From NCBI RefSeq assembly GCF_964355755.1, contig NC_092679.1, positions 4,184,201 through 4,248,200 on the forward strand: a DNA stretch of 64,000 nucleotides. The letters run 5' to 3'. Under the pieces are notes generated by a model. The model was given only the letters and a program-made list of their open reading frames with translations. It did no database searches and was not told the origin of the DNA. Of this stretch, positions 37,901-50,620 are shown one piece after another. The DNA is from Antedon mediterranea. Lineage: Eukaryota > Animalia > Echinodermata. Numbering within the stretch: position 1 is the first letter of the stretch; every line of letters starts with the position of its first letter. A program made the position numbers and the translations under genes.

Positions 37901-39425
37901 GGAATATAAAAAAAATATCAAAACTCTATTGGTGACGTTATGTAAAAACTCACTGAAGACTTCTGTCTAGTCTAAAGTTTTGTCTACACTGTCAAACTAG
38001 TTTGACAAAAAAAGGTGTGATGTGCCCAAATTAGGTAGTATTGATGACATCATCATGTCCATATATGGGCACATCACATTTTTCTGTCACATAAACTAGT
38101 TTGATAGTGTAGACAGAGCTTTACATTAGGCAAAAAATAAATTTACAAACTGTTTTAACTTAACGTAAATGTTTAAAGTATAAGGTACAGGATAAATCAA
38201 ATTATATGATACAGGTGTTCACTTATGTGGAGAATACTTGGATATCGGACAATACTGTGTGGCCACCGCAGGTGTGGAGTGTGTTTGGCAAAAGCGTACG
38301 TACTAACACAGACGTAGAGGGTTGGTATAGGAGGTAATTTATCCATTTCTTTATGCAGAAATAATAATGTCGATAACAGTAGTTCACTCTTATTATTATT
38401 ATTCTTTATTTGGTCCAATATAAAAATACATCAGAAATTCCTCTTATATACACTGCAGAGATAATAACAATATATGTACATACAGAAAACCAAATCAATA
38501 TAACATCACTTATAAAATATCAAAAATTCTACGATCCAGGTGTTCTCTCCATGAGTTAGCGCTGGACAAATTTGTTATAGGTGACAATAGACTGTGGGAC
38601 AAATGATTTATTGAAGCGTTTAGTACGGCTTCGAGGCAGACGAATACGAATATTAGATGGAAGAAAAGTGTATTCCTTATGGAGGAGGGGGTCTGTTTGG
38701 TAGAGTATACGTTTTACCAAGGAGAGAACAACTGCATCGTAGTTGAAATTAAGAACGGATACATCAACTCCAATAACCCGCCCAGCCCTTCTAGTAATTT
38801 TATTTGATAGTTATTCTTATATAAAGCGTGGTTCCCACTACAGATGCAGCGCGGGGACGTATGCGCAACGCAAGCGAGTTGACCAATGACAAGCCGCTGT
38901 TCAAGCAATCCATCGCTCGTGATTGGTCAAATTACTTACATTGTGTTACTGCGTTGAGTCGCTAGTTGAAACCAAGCTTTAGCAAGCTCTCAAAGCGCTG
39001 TACATAATTGAAATAGACAGCAATTGTGGCATTTATTTAAATTAATGAAAAACTTGAAAAGGAGACTTTGAATTGGTTTTTGAAAGAGTTTAGAGTAGTA
39101 CACTGTCTTGATAATAATTACAGGATTATAAAACCTTTGAAATAATTGTAATTAATTGATTGCACTTTGCATATGTTTTTACAGATTGAAAGTGAAGGAA
39201 CGAAACTCTAACGTACCTCTTTACAAACTGATCAAGGTATTCTACACTGAACTATCGTTAGTGGGTGTCAAAACAAGTCTGATAAAAGAGGAAAAACTTA
39301 TGAAACACCAACGCAAAACGTACAAGAATTTACACGGGAAACTGCAAGAATACTGGAATGACTTCAGAAGTGGGAAAAAAAGTGCTGACGATTTATTGAA
39401 TGTTTGTTCCCATTTATATGGATAA
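31904..39425 (+). CDS. Intron-containing FLYWCH x2 + MULE transposase-derived protein (probably domesticated)
   Basis: Ten in-frame exons. FLYWCH1: TQRGHPKLVDSNGYSY..YWR|CS..C..HIH. FLYWCH2: SQRAKNKLIDSEGYSY..TWR|CS..C..HEH. MULE core: WYIDVNSK, FMDFVD, VFPGVTARGCSYLW, RTNTDVEGWYRR. Confidence 0.85.
35851..36016. mobile_element. piggyBac-like MITE
   Basis: ttaa-ccctttgaagac...gtcttgaaaggg-ttaa: CCCT termini with TTAA flanks. Confidence 0.7.
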
Positions 39426-40006
39426 ATTTATGTTACTGGAATCTATGTAAAAATATGGATTAAAAAAATCTACTAACAGATCTCGACATTTTTTAAACGG
39501 CACTGGTATTTTGAAATATTGTTATATTTGCTCTGGCAACATTATATATTATGTACTAAATAATTTTGTCATTTTAATTGGGGTTTTTTTAGAGATAAAA
39601 CATTACATGTAAAATATTATTAATAATAATTTCTAAAGTTCAAACGAAGTAAATAAAAACTGTTTTAAATGAATCCAAATGGGTGAGAAAGTTTAGAAAT
39701 ACATGCTTTCTAGTGATAATTATATCTTCTATTAAAACAACTATTTAAAAATATTCATTTGATCTATTTATTTATATTTTATTGTACTGTGTACAGTACA
39801 GTATTTTTTTTTTTCCTTTTTAAATTAATGATAACGTGATTGGTGGTGGTGGTGTTGTTTGTAAATAGTGTTTGCTGCCCTCTAATTCAACTGATATCAC
39901 GATATACAGCCTGACCAGTAGTCATGCCCGTCGGTCGTCGTCGAAGAAGGAAAAGATACAGAAGGCTGCCGCGCGAGGAGAAATTTCGAAAAAGTGTGCG
40001 AGAAAA

Positions 40007-43000
40007 ATGGAGATGTTCTGCTTAGAACGAAGTCAACCAGATTTTCCAAAACGTTACGACTGCATTCCTCTTTCTCAAACGAATGAGGTTTGTTTGTACA
40101 ATAAATAATAGCAAATAATAATAGCAAATAAAAGTAGATTACTTTGTAACTGTACCTGCATACACAAATGTCAACGGAATGTTATTATGTTTTGAAATAT
40201 GTTGGCTAGGCCTAGCTTTTAGCTATAGGCCAAGGCCTCCTAGGCTACGGACTAGGCATAACTAGCTAGTTATGATGGGCACAGGCCTAGGCTACGGCCT
40301 AGTAGTAGGCCCGCGACTACTGTATACTTATTAATTAAGGCTAGGTTTTAGTTCGTTTGATTAGTAATAAAGCCTGCTGGGGCTCAGGCTAGCTCTGCTG
40401 GGCCTAGGCTAGGCCTAGGCCTAGCTAGAAAGAATTCTCTCCCCGTCCAATAATGTTGATCAATAATGAAAGTAATTATATTAGGCCTAGCTAGGCTAGC
40501 CTAAGTATGGATAGGTTCCGGGACCTGGGTGCCGGACCGGTAGGGGGCCGGCGTTATGCCATCATAGCCTTATAGAATAGACGGGTCCTCCTAATCTAAA
40601 TATCAAAACCTAGGCCTACCAAGACCTGTCAATTTAAAGTGTTAATTTAACGAAATATTATGATATATATATATATATATATATAGACTTCTAAGCTACA
40701 GTATTAGAAGTCTATATATATATATATATCATATTTTGTTACAGATTAGCCTAGCAAGCTAGGCCTATATAAGTTATAAATAACTGAATCAAACTTATTT
40801 TCTTGTTTGCCGTTATTACTAAGAGCGGTGTTTCAGAGTATTAAAGCCATCTTTATTAATATTAAAATAAATAATATATAAAAAAAATATTTTGGTCAAA
40901 TTTATAACTCTGTTTTATAGGTTTCTATTGGAAGAAGTAATTTTGTCAGTGTACAGATATTATCCAAGGATGATCCCCTGATGTTGTCACGGAAACATGC
41001 CATTATCAGTTATCTTAAAGATATCGATAAATGGGTTATTTTAGATAACAAGGTTGGTAAAATTATTATACAGTACTCTAATCTGAAATCGGTGTTTATG
41101 CATTATCAGAATGTGCAGATGCATCGTGGGTAAACGGCTCCAAGACTAATCTTTGAATATCTTTCTCAGATCAACATTTATTTTATCATCAAAAACAAAC
41201 AAAACAACATCAATATAAACTTATATTGAGGCAGTTTTAACTTATTTGATCTTGATTTTTTTCTATATCCTGCCTATGCAGCTCTTTGATTTATCAATAT
41301 AATACTATAGATCAGGAGAAGTACCTGTACATAAAGGGCACAAGACTGATATACAAATATCATTCTTACCTGCCGCTTGCCTACAAGAATTACACCATGT
41401 ACAATACTATCAATCTTTTATTTCTTTTCTAGAGTTTAAATGGTATTTATATAAATGATTCAAGAATATTGCCCATGAAACAATGTGAAATAAAAGAAGG
41501 AGATTATGTTTATTTTGGACAGCCATCCCAAGCTAAAAACCCAACTGACTTCATATATAAATTTATCAAAAAACAATTAAGTTCTGCTGAAGTGGAAAAA
41601 ATAAACAGTAGATTGAATCCTGCCTCGAAACCAAAGAGTCTATCGCTAGGGGATAAAAGAAAATGGGGACCTTCTCAGAGTGGTGATGGAAATACTGACC
41701 CTAACCTTAACTCTGGTATTATAAATGAATCTCCAAGTACATCGGAAAAGGTCGAAACGTTTAAAAAAGCAAAGTTGAAAGCAGAAGAAGAAAAGCAAGC
41801 AGCAGAACAGAAAGCGAAAGAAGCGGAGGAAAGATTAAAAGTTATGGAAGCTTTAATATTGAAAGAAAAAGAAACGCTGAAAGCTCAATACAAAGAAGAG
41901 CTGAAAGTTAAAGAAAGTAAACTTCTGCAAGAGTTACAAGCAGAAAGAGAACGATTAGAATCTGAAAAGAAAGAATTAGAAGAACAAATGAATGAAAAAT
42001 TTAATGTAGAAATGAAAGAAAAAGAAAGCTGTTTACTTGAGAGATTAAAAGCACAACACACACAATTAATGAATGAGAAGACGAAAATTCAATCAAAGTT
42101 AGAGAAAGAAATGGAAGAGAAATTAAGTGAAAAAGAACAAAATATTTTACAGTTGGAAAAAAACATGCAAGAAAAACTTGAGAAAGAAATTCAAGAGAAA
42201 GAGGAGGAAATGATGCAGGAACACATGCGGCAAAAAGAAAATCTGTTAAAAGAAAAGGCAACTGTTGAAGAAGAACTTAAAAAAGAATGGCAGAAAAAGT
42301 TAGAAGAAAAAGATCTTAACCAGCACACTGCACAGGAAGAGATGAGGATTGGTCTTGAGACAAAGATGAAAGAGAAGGAAAAACAGATGCTGGAAGAATT
42401 AACCGTGCAGAAAGAAAAACTCCTTGCTGAGAAAAAAATGGTGGAAGAAAATCTGCAGAAAGAGATGGAAAGGAAGCTGGATGAAAAGAATAAAGATCTC
42501 CAGTCGAAACTGGAAGAAGAGAAACTCAAGTTAGAGACGGTGATAACAAACAAACAGCGGGAATTTGAAACATTGCAGACAGAGGTATGTGTTATTGTAG
42601 CTAAGCTCTATCTACACTATCAAACTAGTTTGACAAAAAAAAGTGTGATGTGTCCAAATATGGTAGTCATATGACAGCATCGTGTCCATATATGGGCACA
42701 TCAAATTTAATAATAAAGTTTGATAGTATAGACAGAGCTTTATACATTTACATATTCTACATTAGCTTTGATTATGATTTAAAAATTGTCGCACACTTGC
42801 TACAAAATTTACTAGCAGAGGTGTTTGTCTTTATGAAATGTTTTAAAACGTATGTAAACAAAAATTTAACCTTCAGGGATTGCATGATTAGTGTTTATAG
42901 TATAGAAATGGATGTTGAGCAACAGTGATTTTGGTATGTTGGTAGTCTTTCAACCACACCCTCTTGCATATATACCCTTCAACCCCATCTACAGTACCTC

Positions 43001-46000
43001 AGAACATAAAATAATAATTTAACATTTTTTTCAGCTTGTAGAGAGTAAACGTGAACAAGAAAACCAAAAGCTGTATCTGGAAATGGCTAAGCAAGAGACA
43101 TATGAGAAAGTATCGGATGTGATGGAATCTGAACTCCAATGTAGTATATGCGCTGAGCTACTTATTCAGGTATTGATAGTTCTATGTCAATCGAATATAA
43201 GATAATTTGTATGTGTTCCTTGTAAGCGTGGTTCAAACTAGCGATGCAACCTATGCAACATAAGAAAAAGCCCTTCAGATAATTGTATTTGCGCCCGTCT
43301 GCTTGAAATCAAATCTGCAATGATTGCAGCACTGTTGCATTGTCTGTTCCCACTTGCGATGCAATACAGCACCGTGCGGCAAAAACGTCACTGCGTTATG
43401 TTGCTAGTGGGAACCACGCTTTATATAGACAGTGCCTTCAAATACGGCAACTCTAAAATAACTCTGAAAATTAGGACAATTCAGCAATACAATTAACTTA
43501 GATGTTGCCCCTTTCACCTTTTTCAAAATCATTGATCCTGTTGATTGTTCGCCATACCCTACAGTATAATTTACGCAATTTCTTAAATTAATAATGGCAT
43601 GCTTCTGCAAAAAAAAAAAACAATTGGTGACTTCAAACTTTCTTATTTTCTTTATTAACCACAGGCTACAACTTTGAATTGTTCTCATTCATTCTGCCAC
43701 CTATGCATCATGGAATGGTTCAAAAAGAAGAAAGAATGCCCAATCTGCCGTAATAAAGTTACAACATACACCCATTCTCTTGTACTGGACAACTACATCG
43801 ACAAAATGGTTGAATCTTTCAGTGAAGACCTTAAAACAAGGAGAACTGCCATTGTCAAAGAAAGAAAAAGTATGTATTTGAAATGTTATCTGAAATTATG
43901 TTATTAATTATGTGGTACAGGGTTTGAATAAAACTTAGTCTGTGTGAAACGATGTTAGAGGTACGTCCACACTCAGCCTAGAGTCCAGTCCTTTGGCTGG
44001 ATAAAAAAAATCATGGAAAATAGGTGTACAGTAGTACACAATGACTTATTTCGAATCCGGTGTGAACGTAGCGACCGTAAAATGTATATTATAAGCTGGT
44101 TTTCTCCTGCATCCAGACGGTACCAGGCTCAGTGTGGACATAGCTTACAATATACCAAGACCAGTTGACCTAGTAGGCTAATAATTGATAATGCTTCATG
44201 TGGCTAGACAAGTAAAAGTTAAGCCTTCGAGTATATACTTTTGACTAAGTGCTGGAAGAGTTCTGATTTTGTGCCTACGTAGGCAAACTTTCGACTTCTC
44301 CACCTGCCAGCGGCATATTGAGTGAAATAACTATTTTTGCCGAGAATGAGTTCAGTACAGAAGATGATGATGCTAGAAGAGAGTGGAACATGTCTACATT
44401 TGAAGAGGATATAGAAATAATGAACAGTTTAATAGTGATCAGGCCTTGTCTTGTGAGCGAGTGCGATCAATCACCTAACACACTCCTAAACTGCCATTGA
44501 GGAGTGCGATTTACAACACGCTCAAATTTGGTAAACTTTACACACCAAAATACAAACAGCACACCTACAGCACCCCTGAATGTATTGAGGAGTGCAATTT
44601 GTAGCACACACCTATAATTTTCAAAAGACAAGGCCTGAGTGATGATGAATTCGAATATCAATTAGATTTTATTGGAGATTATATGGTAGCAGGTACCGAT
44701 GGAAATTATGATTCTATTTTGTGACAAATGTGGTAAGGGCTATTTCTTTTGTTATTTTGCAATAAGACTATATTTTTTATACTTTATGTTTACATTTATA
44801 TATATTTTGTAATTGCGATAATTTTGTTTAATGATGACTTTACTTGTCTTTTGAATGTATATTGTCCCTTACCATGCAATTCAGCAGATTTGCTGCCAAT
44901 TGGTTTGTTTTTAATTTAAAAAAAAAAAAGGAAGGAAGTTATACAATGATTTGTAAATATATATGGTATAGAGTTCTGCGGTGCTGGCGTCACGATGGTA
45001 GGTGGTGCTGTGTGGTTCCTAGCCAACCAAAAAATGCGTTCAACCTGCCCGAGTGACTCGGGTCACAAATGGTTTAGAATAGGCTTATTGAAGTAGTCGT
45101 TTTAAAACGTAATAATTTTCAATAGGTCACTAAATATTTGTTTTTAATAATCTCTCTATTCTTCAATTACAGTTTAAGTTAAAAAAATCAAGCTAAGATA
45201 CATAATTTGATAGAAATACTGTACAGATCTATATAGTTAAGTTTAACAAACCTTTGGTTAGCAGTGAGTGAGTGGCCGAGCGGTTAAGACAGTGGAACCG
45301 TAATCACGTAGCCATAACATCGGCAGGGGTTCGAGGCTCACTCACTCCATGGTTCTGGTGGTAGAACGAGTCTTCTCGGATAAGGACTATAAACCGTAGG
45401 TCCAGTGTACACATCTAGCTCGTGTGCACTTTAAAGAACCTAGTACATCTTTCGAGACGAGTAGGGGGTTACCCTGGTGTATTAGTACATCACAGCCACT
45501 GATCACCAACTGGGCCCTCTGGGAGACCAGTCTTTGACTGAAGAGGTTACCCAGTATAAATATATATTTCAATTCAATTCATGCAGTGCCCTCTATCATT
45601 GTGACGTCACACCGCAAAAGTCTATACAGCATATATATAATGTGGCACATGCGAGCAAAATCAGAAATAAATCAGAATTTTTCAAAATAGAGATTTACAC
45701 AAAACTGAAACTACGTAATTCAAGATTTTAAGATACTGAAAAAACTACTACTTTCAGAGATGTCGCCGTCTAAATTTTAGTTGTTACAATCAGTGTTTTG
45801 AAAAAAATAGCTTGTTAAATTTTAAGTAACAAGAGTATAAATAAATAAACAGGGCATTTAAGTTTACGATTTAGCAAAGGAGTATTTTAATTGTTGTATT
45901 TCAATGAAACTTCGCACCTTCGTTTATTAACTATTTTTAGTTTTTTATTATGCAACATTTTTTATTAAAACTTTATTCCAACTAATAATTGGAACACTTT

Positions 46001-49000
46001 CAATTTAAGCATAAAACATGATAGGTTAAATGAAAATCACACATAGTTTACACCATTTTTCAACCAACAGACCACATAAAATTTTAAAATTTATGCATTA
46101 TATTTGTCTCAAAATAGAAAAACACCAAAGTAATGTAGATAAAATACTGTTTGAACTATAATTTTCTGTGACAAAAAACAACTTGTAATTGTTCAGCCTT
46201 TGATTGTTTTTGGCTTTTATACAAGTCTACCTATGCGACTTAAGTCGGGTTTCACTTGCATGTATATTATGTATGTAAAATATGGAACACAGTAAAACCC
46301 TTCCTTTGGGACATCCCTATTAAGGAAAATTTCCCATGAAAGACGGGCAATACCACTACAGCCAAGAGGACACTTAATCCTGGAGGTTCCTTTAAGAGAG
46401 GTTCTGTTAAAATATATAAACATTTTTTAAACAATGCATGTAGATTTTTTATGATAATTTATTCACCATTTATACATTATGATTTATTATAATATTTTTT
46501 TCTAAAAAAAGAAAATCTATAAAACTAATAATGAAAGTATAAACCTTATATTGTAGAACTGGCACATTTTCAATCCAGGCTGCTCTAGAGATGTCTTAGT
46601 TGAATCTATACATTATACAGTAATACAATACTTAATCTTAACTTTGACGTTACCACTATTTTTTTTTTTCTCTCTAGATGTGTTTGGCCACCCGCACAGA
46701 GATTGTCCAAGAACACTCAGAGAACATTGATGAATATAGAGTTTTCCATCAAAATCATTGAATTATTTAGAATTATAAAAAAAATGTATTTACATTAATT
46801 GAACTGATAAAGTTACAAGCTATTTAATGAACCAATATTGTATTCCAACTTATTTTGCTGTGTTATAAGATTTGGGCGTGACTTCATCTAAATACTGTAG
46901 TGAGGAGAAAACATGGCCAACAAGATAATATCGTCTCCCTGTGTGCTGATCATGCCGCTTGCAGAGCAGTTTATGAATTTAGCTCTTTTTTTTCTTAGCA
47001 CCTAGAGTTTTCACAGTATTAGGAGCTTTAAAAATCTTGTGATATTATTATTATAAATATAAAATAAAGTCTATTGAAAATGCAGTAAAAACTGAGTTAT
47101 GTTTTATTTATTAGTCCTGTATGATTTCACTTTTAATATAAATTATTCTCATACTCTGAAAAAAACCCCAAAAACACGAGAAAAATTCATTTTGCACATG
47201 CTTACAAACAAATCAATGTTGCGGAAGCTTCTGTAACCTGTCAAATTTGGTAGTGGTGTTACTTGCTGTTGTGCACTATTAAAAAAGTCATTATTATTTA
47301 TCATATTTCAATGTTGAAACACACAACACTGAAAACAAACATTGTTATGTTCTCTTAGGCAAGGCTCCTGCTCCTACAACGATTGTACCGAAGAGTGAAA
47401 CGGTTGATATAAGTGACGACGAGGAAGCGCCTACAAATGAAATACGCAACCGTGGTCGGAGACGAATCATTACAAACATACAATTTCAAAACGCATACGG
47501 GACTGATTCGAGATTCAATAGACAGGATGTGTTCAGATTTTGCAGAAATGCAAATGGACAGCACATTGTAATGGGGACTGATGGCGTGTACAATCCAACG
47601 GAACGGTGCACCAGATGTTGTAAGCAAACTTATTTCATTTCAACATCTAATTCCACACTTGTTTGTATGTCAAACTATTAAATTATTATTGAGATGCAAA
47701 TAAATAGACCAGGCAGTATTGTACTTGGCTGGTCTTTTACATTTAACCATCATGTACAATTTAAATTCTTTTTTAAAAATGTTAAGACAATCTTTTGTTT
47801 AAATTTTCAGTTCAGCTGGGCCATGCTGTAGTCAAATGTCCAAGAACTCTTCGAAGGTGGAGATAAGATTTGATGATTTAACGGCTTGTGTTTATTTCCA
47901 GATATTCAACCAAAATGGATTGTCATGCCATAATAATAATAATAATAATAATGATGCATGACCCTTCTAAAAAACAATTGAACATTTTGTGTGCATCTAG
48001 ATTCTACCGTGCTAAGATGCTTGTCATATTTGTAATGAGATAGTTGATGTACTCTAAAGCTCTGTCTCCACTATCAAACTTTATGTGACAAACAATTGTG
48101 ATGTGCCCATATATGGACATGATGATGTAATATCATTACCATATTTGAGCACATCACACTTTTTTTGGTCAAACTAGTTTGATAGTGTAGACAGAGCTTA
48201 ACAATGGTTAATGATAATTATTGTAAACTTTTGTTATTTATTTTTGTTATACTGTAATATTGGGTAGAAATTTATTAAAAGTAAGTTTTTGAAACTAGCT
48301 ACTATAAATGTATTGACACTATAGAATAAGGTATTGCGCGAATGGAGTGTTTTGATTGGAAAACAAATATTGTAACACATCATAGTTGGATAAAATCCTT
48401 GTACAAAGCCGAAAGATACAGATTGTTATATTGCGTTAGAATAATATTATTAGGTAGAAATTTATAATGAATACAGTTTCAGTTTTAGAAACTACTAAAA
48501 ATATACTGATGCTATGATAACAGCAATTTTGTTTATCATTCGTTATAAAATGCAACAGTTCATTTGAAAATAAATATTATCTACTGGACATCTACAGTAT
48601 TTGCTATGTTGCTTCATTTCATTGTGGTCCTAGATGAAGGATGGACAATTACTGCCCATTAAATAGATGAAGTAAAATGGAAATCTTGTAGTAGTGGGTA
48701 GGTAGGAAGAAGAATAACCGGACTTGCTTATTAACTAGGTCGAATTGTGTGTAGGTGGTGTGGATAAAAATACAAGAACTTTCTTCTTCCCTAAGTGCTC
48801 TTTCGTGACGAGCTGCTATCAAAAAGCGCACATTTGCCTGTCTGACTGGGATGGACCAGAACAACTACTGTACTCTTCTAAACATCCATTGAGTTCTGTT
48901 AAGCGCACACGAACTAACTAAGCACACTGGACCTCCAATCTGAGAAGATTTTATTTACCCCCATGAGAACTATGATCGAGGAGAGCCTTGAATTTTTGCC

Positions 49001-50217
49001 GATTGTATGCCTATGGTTCGCATACATTAGCTGCTCGGCCACTCAAATTGCTGAGTGCAGAAATGTTATGGTTTAAATTATTTTATTCAATCTGGTAAAG
49101 TAAAGTACCCTTCCTCACCAAACCTCTCCAGTCTTCAAATCACATGGAACATTTTGTATGTCAATGTTTATTTTAAACCACCTTGATCAATGTTATCAGA
49201 ATAATATAACCCATAGTTACAGAATGTTTTTGTAAGTGTGCTCAGTATGTTTTCTTATATCTTATATTTCTTTCATCTCATTATTTCTGTCGTTTTTTTT
49301 ATTATCATTTGTTTGATCTTGTAGGCAAATCTAACAGTCTTGCTTCTAGCGGAACGATGCAAGATACCATCATTATAACGGATGACGAAGACGACTCGGA
49401 TGTTGAAGAAGAAGATGAAGAAGAGGAGGAACGTTATGATGAATCAAGTGATGATTATTATAGACGGCGACGACGGGGGTATAGCGATGATGGTTGGGAA
49501 GAGGAGTACACAGCCGATGACAGGTTTTTGAGTGATGATGAATTTGAAACTCGACAAGATTCTCAAGGAGATCACCTAGTGGCCGCAATTGATGGAGAGT
49601 TTGATCCAGATCGTGTTTGTGACAAATGTGGTAAGTCCAAAGAGTTTATATAGATTGGTGGCTAGAGGGCAAAGAGTCTTTCACATCTGTTCCAGCACGA
49701 TTCCAGTCCGGCGAATCGAACATCCATGTTTTCATGAAAACAAAACATTGACGTTTGCTTGGATTTTCCGGCGCCGGACCGGAACCAAAAGCTATGCATT
49801 TTTGTAAGATGTAAAATACATTTTCAATTGCTTAATTGTTGCCCAACCAATACCCCAGATGTATATATTAATACTGTACTTGTTACTGATGCGATTAAAG
49901 GGCAACTCGGACGAGTCATCTCTACGGGAGAAAGTTAAACCTGAAAACTACGCTCTACGCTATCTCAAGACGACTCGTCAGAATTCAACTGAGACAGCAC
50001 CGATAAGTCAAGATGTTTTGTCGGCCTCGTTGTACGGCGCTGCCTGATTTGGCCTTAAGCTAGTTCATCTTGGTATAAAAGCATTTATAAAAAATATAAG
50101 TTTTTCATGGTATGGTTTTTTTATGATGAATAATAGTAAGGCAGTGTATTGTTTTCCACTGTATTTATAGATCAGACTGGACATTGGGAGGATGAATGTC
50201 CTAGAAACTACAGGTGA
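40007..50217 (+). CDS. RNF8: E3 ubiquitin ligase RNF8-like (FHA, long coiled coil, RING) with alternative zinc-knuckle C-termini
   Basis: Exons 40007-40087, 40921-41052 (VSIGRS..LSRKHA), 41433-42584 (SLNGIYIN..EGD, then coiled coil), 43035-43169 (ELQCSICAELLIQ) and 43665-43869 (LNCSHSFC..CPICR..VLDNYIDKMV). Followed by cassette 47359-47619 + 47811-47866 or 49325-49630 + 50171-50217. Confidence 0.88.
40648..40741. repeat. Palindromic (AT)n hairpin
   Basis: atga(ta)n gacttctaa..ttagaagtc(ta)n tcat inverted arrangement. Confidence 0.7.
44440..44637. mobile_element. MITE inserted in RNF8 cassette copy 1
   Basis: TIR CAGGCCTTGTCTT / AAGACAAGGCCTG, flanked by the direct repeat AGTGAT. Confidence 0.8.
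44967..45626. mobile_element. MITE (TIR TATAGAGT..TGACGTCAC) interrupted by a nested SINE; uninterrupted copy at 60186-60568
   Basis: Extensive similarity to 60186-60568 on both sides of the SINE. Confidence 0.7.
45263..45580 (+). mobile_element. Near-full-length tRNA-derived SINE
   Basis: A box TGGCCGAGCGG, B box GGTTCGAGGC and (CAATT)n tail. Confidence 0.85.
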
Positions 50218-50484
50218 CCAATTCAATCAAAGACCATCAAGTCACATGGAACGATCAAGGAGTGGTGTGGTGGTAAGGCTGAAATTCCGGACTATAAATG
50301 CTTGTTTCACGAAAGAGAAATAGTTTGAGATTATTCCTTAAATTTATAGTTTTTAATAACAATTAATCAAGTCAGACAGCATTTTAATTATCACAGAAAA
50401 AAATGTGTTCTAATTTGCTTTATTAATAATTAATATGATATTTGTACCATACAATTTATAAAACCTTGCTATAAATGTATATAG

Positions 50485-50551
50485 ATAATACTATACTTTC
50501 CAGTTTTAACTTCCAGTCTGGTTTTAGTTAAAACCTTCATCAATGTATTAT
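50485..50551 (-). promoter_or_regulatory. SECIS element (type II-like) of SELENOL
   Basis: Minus strand: AUAAUAC..AUGAA-GGUUUUAACU-AAAA-CCA GAC UGG A-AGUUAAAACU-GGAA..GUAUUAU. This gives helix I, the UGAN/NGAN kink-turn core, a 10-bp helix II and apical AA, about 70 nt after the stop codon. Confidence 0.88.
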
Positions 50552-50620
50552 ATAAATACACATTTCTTTAAACACAAGTTGTTGGTTTTTTTTTTCATGG
50601 GTTAAAAATTAAAAACCAAA

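Larger units (their letters stand above)
44283..46730 (+). pseudogene. Degenerate copy 1 of the RNF8 terminal cassette (exon a 44283-44732, exon b 46678-46730)
   Basis: Homologous to copy 3 (SDDEFEYQLDFIGDYMVAGTDGNYD..CDKC|DVFGHPHRDCPR) but carries two frameshifts and a MITE insertion. Confidence 0.75.

Noticed and set aside
46557-46600. Possible fourth knuckle-completing exon (..WHIFNPGCSR..)
   Set aside because: Wrong phase and spacing for CX2CX4HX4C; at most a decayed remnant
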